Shown: piece after piece, positions 9,274-19,320 of the stretch | How positions within the stretch are numbered: the first letter of the stretch is position 1 | Layout of the letters: each line of letters begins with the position of its first letter | DNA from: Candidatus Gottesmanbacteria bacterium GW2011_GWA2_43_14 | GTDB taxonomy: Bacteria > Patescibacteriota > Microgenomatia > 2-02-FULL-39-11 | Reading direction: 5' to 3' | DNA length: 64,000 nucleotides | NCBI GenBank assembly: GCA_000999095.1 | Contig: LCFP01000001.1 | Location: forward strand, 74,230-138,229 | Program-made: the position numbers and the translations under genes | Notes under the pieces: generated by a model | The model's input: the letters and a program-made list of their open reading frames with translations, nothing else | What the model was told of the DNA's origin: nothing | Database searches by the model: none

Positions 9274-10383
9274 TTAATTTAATATCTGCCCAAGGATATT
9301 GACCAGTTTTTTGGCACAAGGATCGAATTTAAGTTGCAGACTATTCTCGGAATATTCAGGCAAGTGGGATTTAGCCGCCCTATATATAGCTGCTTTCAAG
9401 GATTCCGGAGTTGCCTTGTTTTGATCCAAAACTATGGCCATTCCTGCCTTTTCCAAAAACCGGGCATTTTCCCTTTGTTCCATTTCCGCCGACCAGGGCA
9501 AGGGTATTAAAACCGCCTTTTTGCGGAAATAACAAAGCTCTGCTACCGTGTTGGCTCCTGACCGGCCCACTACAACAGCCGCATCACGGAAAATGCTGCC
9601 GGTTTCATCAATATCTATCGTCTTTACAATTCTAAATCGGGAACTAATTTTTGCAGGCAGACTGTTTTTCAATTTTACTAATAAACGGAAATCCTGTCCC
9701 TCATTACTTTCACCGCATTGGAGGATTATACGGAAATCATTTAACAAAAGCCTGATAATAGGGTAAATCAGCCGGTTGATGGAGTGGGAACCCTGGCTGC
9801 CTCCTGTTATAAAAAGCATTGGCAATGACTCTCTGTTAAATTTAGTGTTATTGGCCGCAACTATTGAGCTGCGCATCGGCATGCCCGTTACCTTGACTTT
9901 AGCAGAGGCAGGAACTTTCCCGGTCGCTTCATAAGACAAATAAGTCAGCCTGGCAAATCTGCCGATCAGTCTATTGGCCAAACCCATCACAGCCGTCTGC
10001 TCATGGGTCACCACGGGTATGCCCAAAATTTTCCCAGCGTATGACACAGGCAAAGCCAGAAATCCGCCAAACGAAATAATGATCCCGGGCCGGATTTTAT
10101 TCAACTGTATTAAAGCCGTCAGAAAACCTATTGGGATTTTTAACAATTCCGGTAAAATACGCCAGGTAAAATGCCTGGGCAACTTACCTGCTGAAAACGG
10201 GATGAACTGCGCCTGATATTTACTGACGGTGACCGATTCCAGTGAGGGTATTTTTTCACCTGACAATGAATATAGGCGTCCGAAATAATGGAGCTGCCAA
10301 CCGTCAGCCAAGAGGCATTCCATGACGGCTATGGCCGGAGTCAGATGACCGCCGCAAATAACAGCTTTTTTTACTACCTTCAT
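9274..10383 (-). CDS. murG: UDP-GlcNAc:lipid I GlcNAc transferase MurG
   Basis: GGHLTPA, GGF...P, HEQT...GLAN, TGGSQGS, RSGANT, EQRENA. Confidence 0.96.
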   Translation of the reverse strand: MKVVKKAVICGGHLTPAIAVMECLLADGWQLHYFGRLYSLSGEKIPSLESVTVSKYQAQFIPFSAGKLPRHFTWRILPELLKIPIGFLTALIQLNKIRPGIIISFGGFLALPVSYAGKILGIPVVTHEQTAVMGLANRLIGRFARLTYLSYEATGKVPASAKVKVTGMPMRSSIVAANNTKFNRESLPMLFITGGSQGSHSINRLIYPIIRLLLNDFRIILQCGESNEGQDFRLLVKLKNSLPAKISSRFRIVKTIDIDETGSIFRDAAVVVGRSGANTVAELCYFRKKAVLIPLPWSAEMEQRENARFLEKAGMAIVLDQNKATPESLKAAIYRAAKSHLPEYSENSLQLKFDPCAKKLVNILGQILN

Positions 10384-11495
10384 GATTTCTTTTTGACAGC
10401 CTGACGGGAAATATTCAATATAATTCCGACACAGGTCAGCGAAACCAAAAGACTCGACCCGCCGTATGAAATAAAAGGCAGGGGCACTCCTGTCAGGGGC
10501 AGGACTGCCACCATCGAACCCAGATTAACAATGATCTGGAAACCGAAAAATGCCATTATGCCGCTGCCTAAAAGATACGACATTTTATCAGGTGCGTTTT
10601 TTACCGTCAGGAAAATCCTGTATAAGAACAACAGGTATAAAAAAATGAGGATACCTGAGCCCAAAAATCCCAGCTCTTCTCCGATAATGGCAAAAATGGA
10701 ATCGGTCGTGGCTTCAGGCAGGTAAAGATATTTTTGCCTTGAAGCTCCCAGGCCTAAACCGGACAACCCGCCGGAACCCAAAGATATGAGAATCTGCCTG
10801 ATATGATAAGACGAACCTAACGGATCCAGTTCGGGATTAAAAAATGTCATCAGCCGCTGATAGCGGTATGGCGAAATTACAGCCATGATTAAGACACCGA
10901 GAACAGACAGAGGAATCAGCAAAACAAACTGCCACCAGGGAGCTTGTGAGACAAAATAAACAGTCAGAAAAATTGCTGTCAGGATAATGGCCGTCCCCAG
11001 ATCCGGCTGGAGCAGGACGAGGCCGACAATTATTGACAGAAGAACCATAAAAGATGCCAGACGGCCTTTTTCTTTTGAATTAAGCCATGAGGCAAGATAA
11101 ATAATCAGTGTCAGTTTTGCCAGTTCAGAAGGCTGAAAATTGATAAAGCCCAAAGACAGCCAGCGGCGCGCCCCCAGCACTTTGATTCCCAATCCGGGAA
11201 TCAGGACTGCAATCAAACTGACGATTGTTACAAGGAGAAAGGGCACTGACAGCTGAAAATATTTTTTGTAGGGAAAAAAAGCCGCCAATCCCATGACGAC
11301 CACCCCTATCAGGCTCCAGACAAACTGGTCACGGACAAAATGGTATTTGTCCGCAAATGATTCGAAAGCGGCGAAATTGGAGGCTTCATAAATCATCAAT
11401 AATCCGAACAGTGTAAATAACAATGACAATCCCAAAAGCAGGAAATCGCTTTTTTTCTCCTGCCGGAAATATTTGACTCTGTCGTGAAAATACAT
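10380..11495 (-). CDS. ftsW: SEDS peptidoglycan polymerase FtsW
   Basis: GARRWL, QPSELAK, QPDLGT, YLPEATTDSIF, LPFISYGGSS. Likely start ATG 11495 (MYFHD); the track start overlaps mraY. Confidence 0.96.
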   Translation of the reverse strand: MYFHDRVKYFRQEKKSDFLLLGLSLLFTLFGLLMIYEASNFAAFESFADKYHFVRDQFVWSLIGVVVMGLAAFFPYKKYFQLSVPFLLVTIVSLIAVLIPGLGIKVLGARRWLSLGFINFQPSELAKLTLIIYLASWLNSKEKGRLASFMVLLSIIVGLVLLQPDLGTAIILTAIFLTVYFVSQAPWWQFVLLIPLSVLGVLIMAVISPYRYQRLMTFFNPELDPLGSSYHIRQILISLGSGGLSGLGLGASRQKYLYLPEATTDSIFAIIGEELGFLGSGILIFLYLLFLYRIFLTVKNAPDKMSYLLGSGIMAFFGFQIIVNLGSMVAVLPLTGVPLPFISYGGSSLLVSLTCVGIILNISRQAVKKKS

Positions 11496-11514
11496 TACTG
11501 AAAACTCTGTTTTT

Positions 11515-12552
11515 TTAAGTAATAAAGGCCAACCACAATCCAACAATGGCCAGCACAATTGTCGCCAGCCAGGCACGCAGAACGATGGTCGATTCGTGCC
11601 AACCGCGGTTTTGCAGCCATAAATGAAAGGGGGCAACAGCCATTACCTTTTTGCCGGCATATCTTTTACTTAAAAGCTGAATCAGCGAAGTCGTGATTTC
11701 CAAAACAAAGATACCGCCGATAATAATCAGTGAAAATGTTTTACCCAGCATCAGACCGACCACAGCAAAAGTGGCACCGAAGGATAAAGCTCCAACATCA
11801 CCCAGAAAAATTCTGGCAGGGTAAACATTAAAGTATAGAAATGCCAGGATGCTGCCGAGCCAGATGGCAATAAACAGGGTCATCGGCGTATCCAGGATGG
11901 AACCTGAGATGACCCAAAAGGCAATCAGGGCTATCAGGAGTATGCCGGTGGCCAAACCGTCAAGCCCGTCGGTAATGTTATAGGCATTGGCAAAAGCTAC
12001 GATTACAAACGCGGCAAATAGTATATAAAATATTCCCAAATCGATAACACCTATAAGGGGAACATTAATTATGGAAATCTTCAAATCAAAATAAAGCCAA
12101 AAAGCCAATAAGAGCGCCAAAATAATCTCCAGCAGAAGTTTATGCCTTAACCGCAAACCGAAAAATTTATCCCGCCTGCCGAAAAAGATTTTTTTTATGT
12201 CGTCATAGAGACCGATCAAACCGAATGATATGAAACCGAAAAGCATAATTTTTAATTCTGCAGTTATATTGGGGTAGACAGAATAAACCGGCAGCCAGAA
12301 ATAATACATATAGGGAAAACTGAGTAAAAATATCAGGGTAGTATTGAAAATCAATAGAAATCCACCTCCGATTGGTGTACCGGCTTTTTTCCGGTGGAAC
12401 ATGTCGAAAATGGGTGTCGGTTTATTCAGGGCATCACGCGTTTCCTGCCGTTGTCTTTTAAATTTAATCTTATACAACAAGTTGATAAACGGTATGATGG
12501 TAACCGCATTTAACAGAAACGACAATATTAGAATTCCGAGTATAAAACCCAA
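11515..12552 (-). CDS. mraY: Phospho-N-acetylmuramoyl-pentapeptide transferase MraY
   Basis: KAGTPIGGG, YDD, NITDGLDGL, FLGDVG, APFHLW; TTG start preceded by AAGGAG. Confidence 0.96.
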   Translation of the reverse strand: MGFILGILILSFLLNAVTIIPFINLLYKIKFKRQRQETRDALNKPTPIFDMFHRKKAGTPIGGGFLLIFNTTLIFLLSFPYMYYFWLPVYSVYPNITAELKIMLFGFISFGLIGLYDDIKKIFFGRRDKFFGLRLRHKLLLEIILALLLAFWLYFDLKISIINVPLIGVIDLGIFYILFAAFVIVAFANAYNITDGLDGLATGILLIALIAFWVISGSILDTPMTLFIAIWLGSILAFLYFNVYPARIFLGDVGALSFGATFAVVGLMLGKTFSLIIIGGIFVLEITTSLIQLLSKRYAGKKVMAVAPFHLWLQNRGWHESTIVLRAWLATIVLAIVGLWLAFIT

Positions 12553-12564
12553 ATTAAATCTCCT

Positions 12565-12933
12565 TTAGCCGATAAATTTGATCAGGTGGGGGAGGAAAAT
12601 GAAAATCCCTACCATCAAAGCGCCTATGGCATATAAAAGCATCATGCCGGCAGCAACATCTTTGGCAATTTTGGCTTCCTGTTTCCATTCTTTGGTGATC
12701 AGGTCAGTCATCGCCTCAATTGAAGTATTGATCATTTCCGCTCCCAGTCCGAAAACTATTACCATGATGATAACCAGCATTTCCGTAAGTTCTATCCGGA
12801 ATAACCATGCCATTAAAAGGGCAATCGACGAGAGCGTCAGGTGTACTGAAAAATTCGGCTGGGTAGTAAATGCCCAACTAAGACCGTTGAGGGCGTTTTT
12901 CAATGATATATGATGTTGCCGCAATCTCCTCAT
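12565..12933 (-). CDS. dgkA: DgkA-family diacylglycerol/undecaprenol kinase
   Basis: 122 aa, 3 TMs, EMINTSIE...D and AKIAKDVAAG motifs. Confidence 0.92.
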   Translation of the reverse strand: MRRLRQHHISLKNALNGLSWAFTTQPNFSVHLTLSSIALLMAWLFRIELTEMLVIIMVIVFGLGAEMINTSIEAMTDLITKEWKQEAKIAKDVAAGMMLLYAIGALMVGIFIFLPHLIKFIG

Positions 12934-12939
12934 AAGGCT

Positions 12940-12945
12940 ATTATA
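12940..12945 (-). promoter_or_regulatory. Putative -10 box (TATAAT) 6 nt before dgkA ATG
   Basis: TATAAT-AGCCTT-ATG. Confidence 0.55.
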
Positions 12946-12963
12946 GCTTAATTCAACTTTGTC

Positions 12964-13980
12964 TTAATAACCTTTGTAAATTTTCCTGAAATATTCGACC
13001 AGGTAATTGAAACGATAACCTAGTTTGCTGACGGGATAATCATGTGCATGCAGGTAATTTACCTGCTCTCCTCCGAATCCCTTTTTAAAAAGAGTCAAAT
13101 TCTTCCAGGGATGACGGTCCAGTCCGTCAGGGGCGATGCCCCAAAAATTATAAACCGACTTACCTCTCCTTTTAGCTTCTTTAATTACTTCCCATTGCAG
13201 GAGATAATTAACCGGAGCCTTGGATGGAATGGACGCGCTGTGATGGTATATTGCCTGATGGTTATAAAAAAGAATCATCGCTGATGAAAGGAGTATATTC
13301 TGAAAGAATCCCTCAAAAATCATTATCTGGCCGTCTTTGGCAAATTGCTCAAACTCTTCCTCTATCCCCCGGTGCCTTATAAATCCCTGCCTTTGTGCAG
13401 TTAAATTGTAAAGCTTTTGGAAACTTTCCAGGTTTTTTTTATCGGCTGATTTTTGGATAACTACTCCGGCTTTAGCCGCATTTTTTATCAGGTAACGGGT
13501 CGTTTTGCGCATACCGGCAAGCAACCTGTCTTCATCAGCCGAAAGGTCAAGCACCCAGCAAACTTCACCGTCCATTCTGTGTACCGGACTGGCTGTAAAT
13601 CCGGCAGATTCGATAATGAGGCGGTTTTCGGGGCTATTTTCTATCAAAGGACTGATCCTGATGAATACCGCACCCAGTTCCCGGGCTCTTTCTATAAGAT
13701 AGGCCTGCAATAATTCGAAATATTCTTTCTTCCACGTTTTCAGGACAGGCCCGTGCCTGATATGCAGAAATGACCCCCGCCTGGCATGGATTTTCTGGAC
13801 CTGGAAAATTCCTTCCAGATCTCTGTCAATAAATGCCAGTCTTTTAAAATCAGCTTTTTCCCGGGAATATATTCTCGAGGAAACCTCTCCCCAACTCCAC
13901 GATGAAAATAGGCTGTGTGGGGAGTTCTCTGCCAGAAACTTCTCCCACTTATTTTTATCGTTTATCTCAGCGATTCTCAT
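12964..13980 (-). CDS. FemABX-family aminoacyl-tRNA-dependent lipid II peptidyltransferase
   Basis: SWSWG, HGPV, LDLS...MRKTTRYLI, YLLQWEVI, YNFWGI, FKKGFGG. Confidence 0.9.
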   Translation of the reverse strand: MRIAEINDKNKWEKFLAENSPHSLFSSWSWGEVSSRIYSREKADFKRLAFIDRDLEGIFQVQKIHARRGSFLHIRHGPVLKTWKKEYFELLQAYLIERARELGAVFIRISPLIENSPENRLIIESAGFTASPVHRMDGEVCWVLDLSADEDRLLAGMRKTTRYLIKNAAKAGVVIQKSADKKNLESFQKLYNLTAQRQGFIRHRGIEEEFEQFAKDGQIMIFEGFFQNILLSSAMILFYNHQAIYHHSASIPSKAPVNYLLQWEVIKEAKRRGKSVYNFWGIAPDGLDRHPWKNLTLFKKGFGGEQVNYLHAHDYPVSKLGYRFNYLVEYFRKIYKGY

Positions 13981-15220
13981 ATTGCCTTAATTTAACTGCT
14001 ATACCAACTGCATCTGCTTCCTTCATATTAGGATAAGTCGGTAGGTTTAAACTGGTCTCTGCAGCTATTTCTGCTTTTGGACAGCAGCTTTTACGGTAGC
14101 CGATTTTTTTTAAATCGACACCAATAGGGTCAATAATGGACTGATACCAGTTACCTAATATGATGCCTTCAAGTTTGAAAAAGCGCAGCAGTTTTTTCGC
14201 TTCTGGGTGTAAAATATTATACCTCAGAAAAACCGCACCCGGCAGTTCGGGGGGCAGCTTAGTTTTCTTCATTCCGGCCAGCTCCCTTTGATATATCTCG
14301 CTGATAAGCCTTCTATGCCCGTTATATTCATGCAATTTGTCCAGCTGGTTGAGAAGCAGTACTGCCAGCGCGTTGGGCATCCGGGAAGGATACCGGTCCG
14401 GGCGGCCTCCGTTTAATTCCTTCCGCTCAACGGGCCGCGAAATTAATCCAATTTTCAAAGCGGCAAAAAGAAGCAGTTTTCCTAAACCTAGTCTGTAGAG
14501 GGGAAGAACGAGCGAAAAAAGCAGGGGGTGCATCAGTTGCTGCCCTATCCATTTATTTCCCGGCATTTTTAATTGCCCATATTTCTGTTTAATGACAATT
14601 GCCTGTTTCCCGCTTAAATTATTAAAGACAGCCATACCCCCAAAGATTGAGGAAATGACCTTGTCCCTGCCGAAAGAAAAAGAAGCCGCGTCGCCCCACT
14701 TGCCTGCAGCTTTTCCACCAATTTCTAAACCCAAAGCATGAGAACAGTCTTCTATAAGTACAATCTTGTATTTTTGAGTAATTTTTTTAATCTCATTTAT
14801 TTTAGCCGGCAAACCGAAAGTATGTTGAACAATTATTGCCTTCGTTTTCCGAGTTATCAGTTGTTCCAGAAGCTTAGGATCAATATTCAATGATTCATCT
14901 ATATCTGCATAAACGGGAATTCCCTTCCGCCATAGTATGGAGTCGGGAACAGCCACACAGGTAAATGCCTGGATGATTACCTCATCACCATCCCCGATTC
15001 CCAGAGCTTCTAGAATGAAATACAGAGCGCTCCTGCCGGAATTGAAGGAATAAACCCCGTCAGTATTAAAATTTTTCCTGAAACGGTTTTCCGCTTCTTT
15101 TATCGCCGGGCCTATCTTCCAACGGGAATAATTAAATACTGTCCTCAGGCACAGACTGATATCATCAGGTTGCAGATTAGGCGAAAGAGAGATGGCAATC
15201 GGTTTTTTAAAGAGATTCAT
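13967..15220 (-). CDS. DegT/DnrJ/EryC1/StrS PLP-dependent aminotransferase-fold protein
   Basis: NSGRSAL, GDEVIIQAFTC, QHTFG, IEDCSHALG, SFGRDK (PLP lysine), LNLPT. Confidence 0.9.
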   Translation of the reverse strand: MNLFKKPIAISLSPNLQPDDISLCLRTVFNYSRWKIGPAIKEAENRFRKNFNTDGVYSFNSGRSALYFILEALGIGDGDEVIIQAFTCVAVPDSILWRKGIPVYADIDESLNIDPKLLEQLITRKTKAIIVQHTFGLPAKINEIKKITQKYKIVLIEDCSHALGLEIGGKAAGKWGDAASFSFGRDKVISSIFGGMAVFNNLSGKQAIVIKQKYGQLKMPGNKWIGQQLMHPLLFSLVLPLYRLGLGKLLLFAALKIGLISRPVERKELNGGRPDRYPSRMPNALAVLLLNQLDKLHEYNGHRRLISEIYQRELAGMKKTKLPPELPGAVFLRYNILHPEAKKLLRFFKLEGIILGNWYQSIIDPIGVDLKKIGYRKSCCPKAEIAAETSLNLPTYPNMKEADAVGIAVKLRQYENR

Positions 15221-16787
15221 TTAAATCGAAAAGCATTTTTTTAAGCCATTTTTGCGCTTCTTTGCCTTCAAAGATGACTACCGTTTCTTTTTTAGCCGAA
15301 GTAAGAATGTCAGATATTATAGAAGCAGATACAGTTTTAACGGGAACTGTGCTCTTTTTTTTCAATTCGGTTGAATAGTTGTCGTTGGTCACTATTATCT
15401 TGGTAAATACTGCCGATAATTTCCGGCCGAGAGCTAAGTGCACTTCATTTGCCTTTTCCCCTAATTCAATCAAAGGAGTCAAAACCAAATATTTATCCCC
15501 CTGATATTTAACGGCATAATCGGCAGCAGCTACCAATCCTTCATAGGTCACATTAAAAGTATCGTCAACCAATGTTAATATATCTGACCGGAAAACTGAC
15601 TTCATGGTTTTGTCCGCCGGCTCAATTCCCTGTAAAGCTCGGACAATCTGGCTATCAGTCAGCTTAAAATATTCCCTGGAGATGACCACGGCCATGGCTA
15701 TATTCTGCAGATTGTGTTCACCCAAAAGATTAGTCCTGACCATAATTTTTGAACCATTCATCTTAAAATTCAAACCATTAGTATCGGCATTAAAGCTGCT
15801 GAATTCGTCCGAAGTCGTAACTGACTGTACAGTTAAACCCCGACTGCGGGCTTTCTCGGCTATCTGACGGCAATACTTGTTCTCACCATTTACGGCCAGG
15901 AAACCCTTATCCGGCAGTCTTGCCGCCAGTTCATATTTGGCTTGTACCGTGTTTTCGATTGATCCGAAAAGGTCTATATGCTGCATACCTATACCCGTGA
16001 TAACAGCCGCCCCCGGCTTAACCAGCCTGCTTATTCCCGCTATTTCTCCCCGGCGGTAAGCTCCTGCTTCGACAATCAGGACTTCTGTTTCTTCATTAAC
16101 TTGCCGGTTGATTAACTTAGCTATGCCGATTTCTGTATTGACACTGCCCGGGGTTGCAACCACCCGGTATTGTGAGGAAAGTATCTGCTTTAAAATTTCC
16201 TTGGTAGATGTCTTTCCGTAACTGCCGGTCAGAGCTACGGTTTTTAAATTCCTGAAGTGTTCCAATTTTGTCCGTGCCCTGCGGATGGCAATCCTCTGTA
16301 TGATTGTTGTAGGCAGAAGGCCGGCTATAACCAGAATAGCCACCAAAGGTCCGGGCAGACGGTCAATAAGGGGCGCCCAAAAAAGCGGTGCGAACCAAAT
16401 TACGGTCATGATGGGTAAAAAGAGGACTGCCCATGATACCAGCAAAATCAGGAAGGCTTTGCCTGTCAGCTTGGGAATTTTCCATCCCCGGATAATCAGT
16501 TCATGTAAATTTAATGCAGCTTCGACTATCCAGCTCAGCCAAAATAACCAGTAAACGGCAATTAAAATCCGCGACTCCCTGACAAAAAGGAAAATCAGGA
16601 AAAGCAACCATTTGAAAAGTGCCATAGGACCCGCGATAAGTTTCCTGCCTAAAGGAGTTTCGAGGTGTGAACGCATCCGGTCAATACGGTATTCCCGTTT
16701 TTGCCACAGGAAAACCAGATAAAGCACCAGTCTTCCCGTCCTTACCAAATATGCGCCTGTGACTATCAGGGCTATCAGATTATGCAT
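15207..16787 (-). CDS. murF: MurF-like Mur ligase with N-terminal multi-TM extension
   Basis: ALTGSYGKTSTKE, SVNTEIG, VEAGAY, QHIDLFGS, LLGEHN, DDTFN, LIELG; first ~160 aa contain 4-5 hydrophobic helices. Confidence 0.85.
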   Translation of the reverse strand: MHNLIALIVTGAYLVRTGRLVLYLVFLWQKREYRIDRMRSHLETPLGRKLIAGPMALFKWLLFLIFLFVRESRILIAVYWLFWLSWIVEAALNLHELIIRGWKIPKLTGKAFLILLVSWAVLFLPIMTVIWFAPLFWAPLIDRLPGPLVAILVIAGLLPTTIIQRIAIRRARTKLEHFRNLKTVALTGSYGKTSTKEILKQILSSQYRVVATPGSVNTEIGIAKLINRQVNEETEVLIVEAGAYRRGEIAGISRLVKPGAAVITGIGMQHIDLFGSIENTVQAKYELAARLPDKGFLAVNGENKYCRQIAEKARSRGLTVQSVTTSDEFSSFNADTNGLNFKMNGSKIMVRTNLLGEHNLQNIAMAVVISREYFKLTDSQIVRALQGIEPADKTMKSVFRSDILTLVDDTFNVTYEGLVAAADYAVKYQGDKYLVLTPLIELGEKANEVHLALGRKLSAVFTKIIVTNDNYSTELKKKSTVPVKTVSASIISDILTSAKKETVVIFEGKEAQKWLKKMLFDLNESL

Positions 16788-17508
16788 TTTCTTTTATGAA
16801 CCGGTCCGCTTCACCGGCAAAGTCAGGAACATGGGACCAGGGAACTCCGTGCCTGGCTCCGTCAACTACGGCAAGCCTGCCTTTCGGCAGCCGGCGAAGC
16901 ATTTTTTCGGCAACGGACAGCGGTACAATTTTATCGTGCCTGCCCCAAATAAGCAGTGTGGGAATTTTAACTTCCGGCAATAAAACCGACAGTTCCTCAG
17001 CCACGATGTTTTTAAATGTTTCTTTAAGCTCCGGTTTTGTCCTGTAAAAATCATTGGCGCCGCTTACTCTGTATAATGATTTTTTCATGATTTCCCTCAA
17101 AGGCTTAAAGATGGGCAGACTGAAAATCAGACCGCCCGCTTTGGCTGCTGACAGATATAAAAGACGCTTTCCTGATCCTACCGGCCTGACTCCGGGTGTC
17201 CCGCTTAAAATAAGGGCAGACAAAAGACTCTTTTCAGATGTTGCCAGTTTGATGGCAATTCTGCCGCCGAAAGAATGGCCGATAACTACTGGTTTTATTA
17301 TTTTTCTTTTTTCCAGGTAAACCCGTAAGAAATGCACATAATCGTCTAAATAAAAAGATTTACCTGCCATTTGGCTTTGGCCGAAGCCGGGCAAATCAGG
17401 AGAATAGACCTGATAACCCAATTTTTTGAATTCGGAAGTCAGCGGTTTATATCTGTCTGACGATAAATTCCAACCGTGCAGAATAACCAGAGGATGTTTT
17501 CGCTTCAT
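16780..17508 (-). CDS. Alpha/beta hydrolase
   Basis: LHGW, DLPGFG, GHSFGG nucleophile elbow, WGRHD, catalytic-His region ARHG. Confidence 0.92.
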   Translation of the reverse strand: MKRKHPLVILHGWNLSSDRYKPLTSEFKKLGYQVYSPDLPGFGQSQMAGKSFYLDDYVHFLRVYLEKRKIIKPVVIGHSFGGRIAIKLATSEKSLLSALILSGTPGVRPVGSGKRLLYLSAAKAGGLIFSLPIFKPLREIMKKSLYRVSGANDFYRTKPELKETFKNIVAEELSVLLPEVKIPTLLIWGRHDKIVPLSVAEKMLRRLPKGRLAVVDGARHGVPWSHVPDFAGEADRFIKENA

Positions 17509-17514
17509 AATGCC

Positions 17515-19317
17515 TTACTTGACTGTCACCGACTTGGCCAGATTGCGCGGTTTATCAGGGTCAATGCCTTTTTGGATAGCCAGATAATAACCCAACAACT
17601 GAGCGATAACCGTATTCGGGATAGCGGAAGCGATACCGCAATCAACGACAGGCAGAAAGATGTCGAAGCACTCATGCGGTTTATTACTTATACCGATTAT
17701 CAAGCCGCCGCGGGATTTCATTTCGATAAGCCCGGAAAGAGTATCATTATATGTCTCATCATTCGGCAAAAAACCTATACAGGGGGTATTTTTTTCTATC
17801 AGGGCTATCACTCCGTGTTTCAGTTCTCCTGCCGGGAAACCTTCGGCATGTACATATGAAGCTTCTTTGATTTTTAAAGCCGCCTCCAATGCTACAGGAT
17901 AGGAAACCCCCCTGCCGATTATATATATATCCTTAGCCGATGATAAATTTTCCGCCAGGGATTGAATTTTTTTTCTGTAGGCAGAACTTACTACGCGTGC
18001 AGCTTCTCGTCCGGCTGTTTCCAGAATTTTTCTCCCTGAAACACCGTCTTTTTTCAAAAGGTAGGCAATCATCATCAGATACGCCAATTTGGAGGTAAAG
18101 GCTTTTGTCGAAACCACGGCTTTTTCGGTTCCGGCATGCAATAACTGTTTATGGTCTGCCATACGGTAAAGACTTGAGCCTAAAACATTGACCAGGGCGC
18201 CTACCTGTACGCCTTTTCCTCTGGCTTTTTTCAAACTGTCCAAAAGGTCAATTGTTTCGCCTGATTGTGACAAACCAATGACCAAGCTTTTGGGGGTTAA
18301 AAAATCTATTAAATAACTGAATTCGCTGGCTACCGAAAAGTTGACATGCTTTTTGGCTATTTTGGAAAAAATATATGTCCCTGCTAAACAGGCATATGCG
18401 GCTGTACCGCAGCCAACGAGGTAGGTACCGTAAGAATTGTCAATTAGTTTAGCGAATTCGGGAAGGGTAACTTCGGTCGAAGCTGCTATACCCAAAAGGA
18501 TTTTTGGCTGATCAAAAATTTCTTTAAGCATGAAATGCGGTAGCTTGCCCTTGTCTTCTTTTTCAATTTTCCAGTCTATCTGCTGGAACCTGACCGGTTT
18601 TTCTTGCCCGTCGGCCAGATTTTGCACTGTAATGCCTGAACGGTCAAGGGTAATGATTTCCCCGTCTTCCATGAAATAAAGCCTCCTGGTATAAGGCAGG
18701 ATGGCATGGGCATCCGAGGCTAGAAAATTTTCCCCGTGGCTTTCTCCGTGTCCGGCAATTAACGGACTGCCGTTTTTAGCGGCGACAAAAACTTCACTTT
18801 CCGCATCCATGGCGATAACTGCATTAAGTCCGGAAAACTTCCCGAATGCCTGACGGACAGCCCTTCCGAAAAGTACTTTACGGCTTAATCCTTTCTTTTC
18901 TGATTTTGAAATGATCTCTTCAATCAAATGCACGGCTACTTCAGTATCGGTTTCCGACCGGAAACGGTGCCCTGTCTTGACCAGTTCTTTTTTAATTTCC
19001 AAATAATTTTCAATTATGCCGTTATGGATTAATGCTATCCTACCGCTGCAATCTAGGTGGGGATGGGCGTTTTCCATGGTTACTCCGCCATGGGTCGCCC
19101 AACGGGTATGGCCCAAAGCCATACCGTTATCGGGCAGGCTGTCAACCCGGGAATCGCCGATTTTCCCCGTATTTTTCAAAATCCTTAATTTACCGTTTTT
19201 ATCAGGGGCAGCCAAACCCCAAGAATCATATCCCCGGTATTCCAGGCTTTTAAGCCCCTCAAAAACCAAACCGGGTACATTTTTCCTGGTTCCGATATAA
19301 CCGAAAATTCCGCACAT
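17515..19317 (-). CDS. glmS: Glutamine--fructose-6-phosphate aminotransferase
   Basis: MCGIFG, GHTRWATHG, SQSGET, ELKHG, C-terminal PRNLAKSVTVK. Confidence 0.99.
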   Translation of the reverse strand: MCGIFGYIGTRKNVPGLVFEGLKSLEYRGYDSWGLAAPDKNGKLRILKNTGKIGDSRVDSLPDNGMALGHTRWATHGGVTMENAHPHLDCSGRIALIHNGIIENYLEIKKELVKTGHRFRSETDTEVAVHLIEEIISKSEKKGLSRKVLFGRAVRQAFGKFSGLNAVIAMDAESEVFVAAKNGSPLIAGHGESHGENFLASDAHAILPYTRRLYFMEDGEIITLDRSGITVQNLADGQEKPVRFQQIDWKIEKEDKGKLPHFMLKEIFDQPKILLGIAASTEVTLPEFAKLIDNSYGTYLVGCGTAAYACLAGTYIFSKIAKKHVNFSVASEFSYLIDFLTPKSLVIGLSQSGETIDLLDSLKKARGKGVQVGALVNVLGSSLYRMADHKQLLHAGTEKAVVSTKAFTSKLAYLMMIAYLLKKDGVSGRKILETAGREAARVVSSAYRKKIQSLAENLSSAKDIYIIGRGVSYPVALEAALKIKEASYVHAEGFPAGELKHGVIALIEKNTPCIGFLPNDETYNDTLSGLIEMKSRGGLIIGISNKPHECFDIFLPVVDCGIASAIPNTVIAQLLGYYLAIQKGIDPDKPRNLAKSVTVK

Positions 19318-19320
19318 AGC

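Noticed and set aside
11496-11636. Track's N-terminal extension of FtsW
   Set aside because: Overlaps mraY by over 100 nt and is not FtsW-like; ATG 11495 fits better. The same reasoning applies to extensions at 9319, 37345, 41391 and 52402.
19318-19320. glmS ribozyme
   Set aside because: glmS starts 3 nt after the glmU stop; there is no leader.
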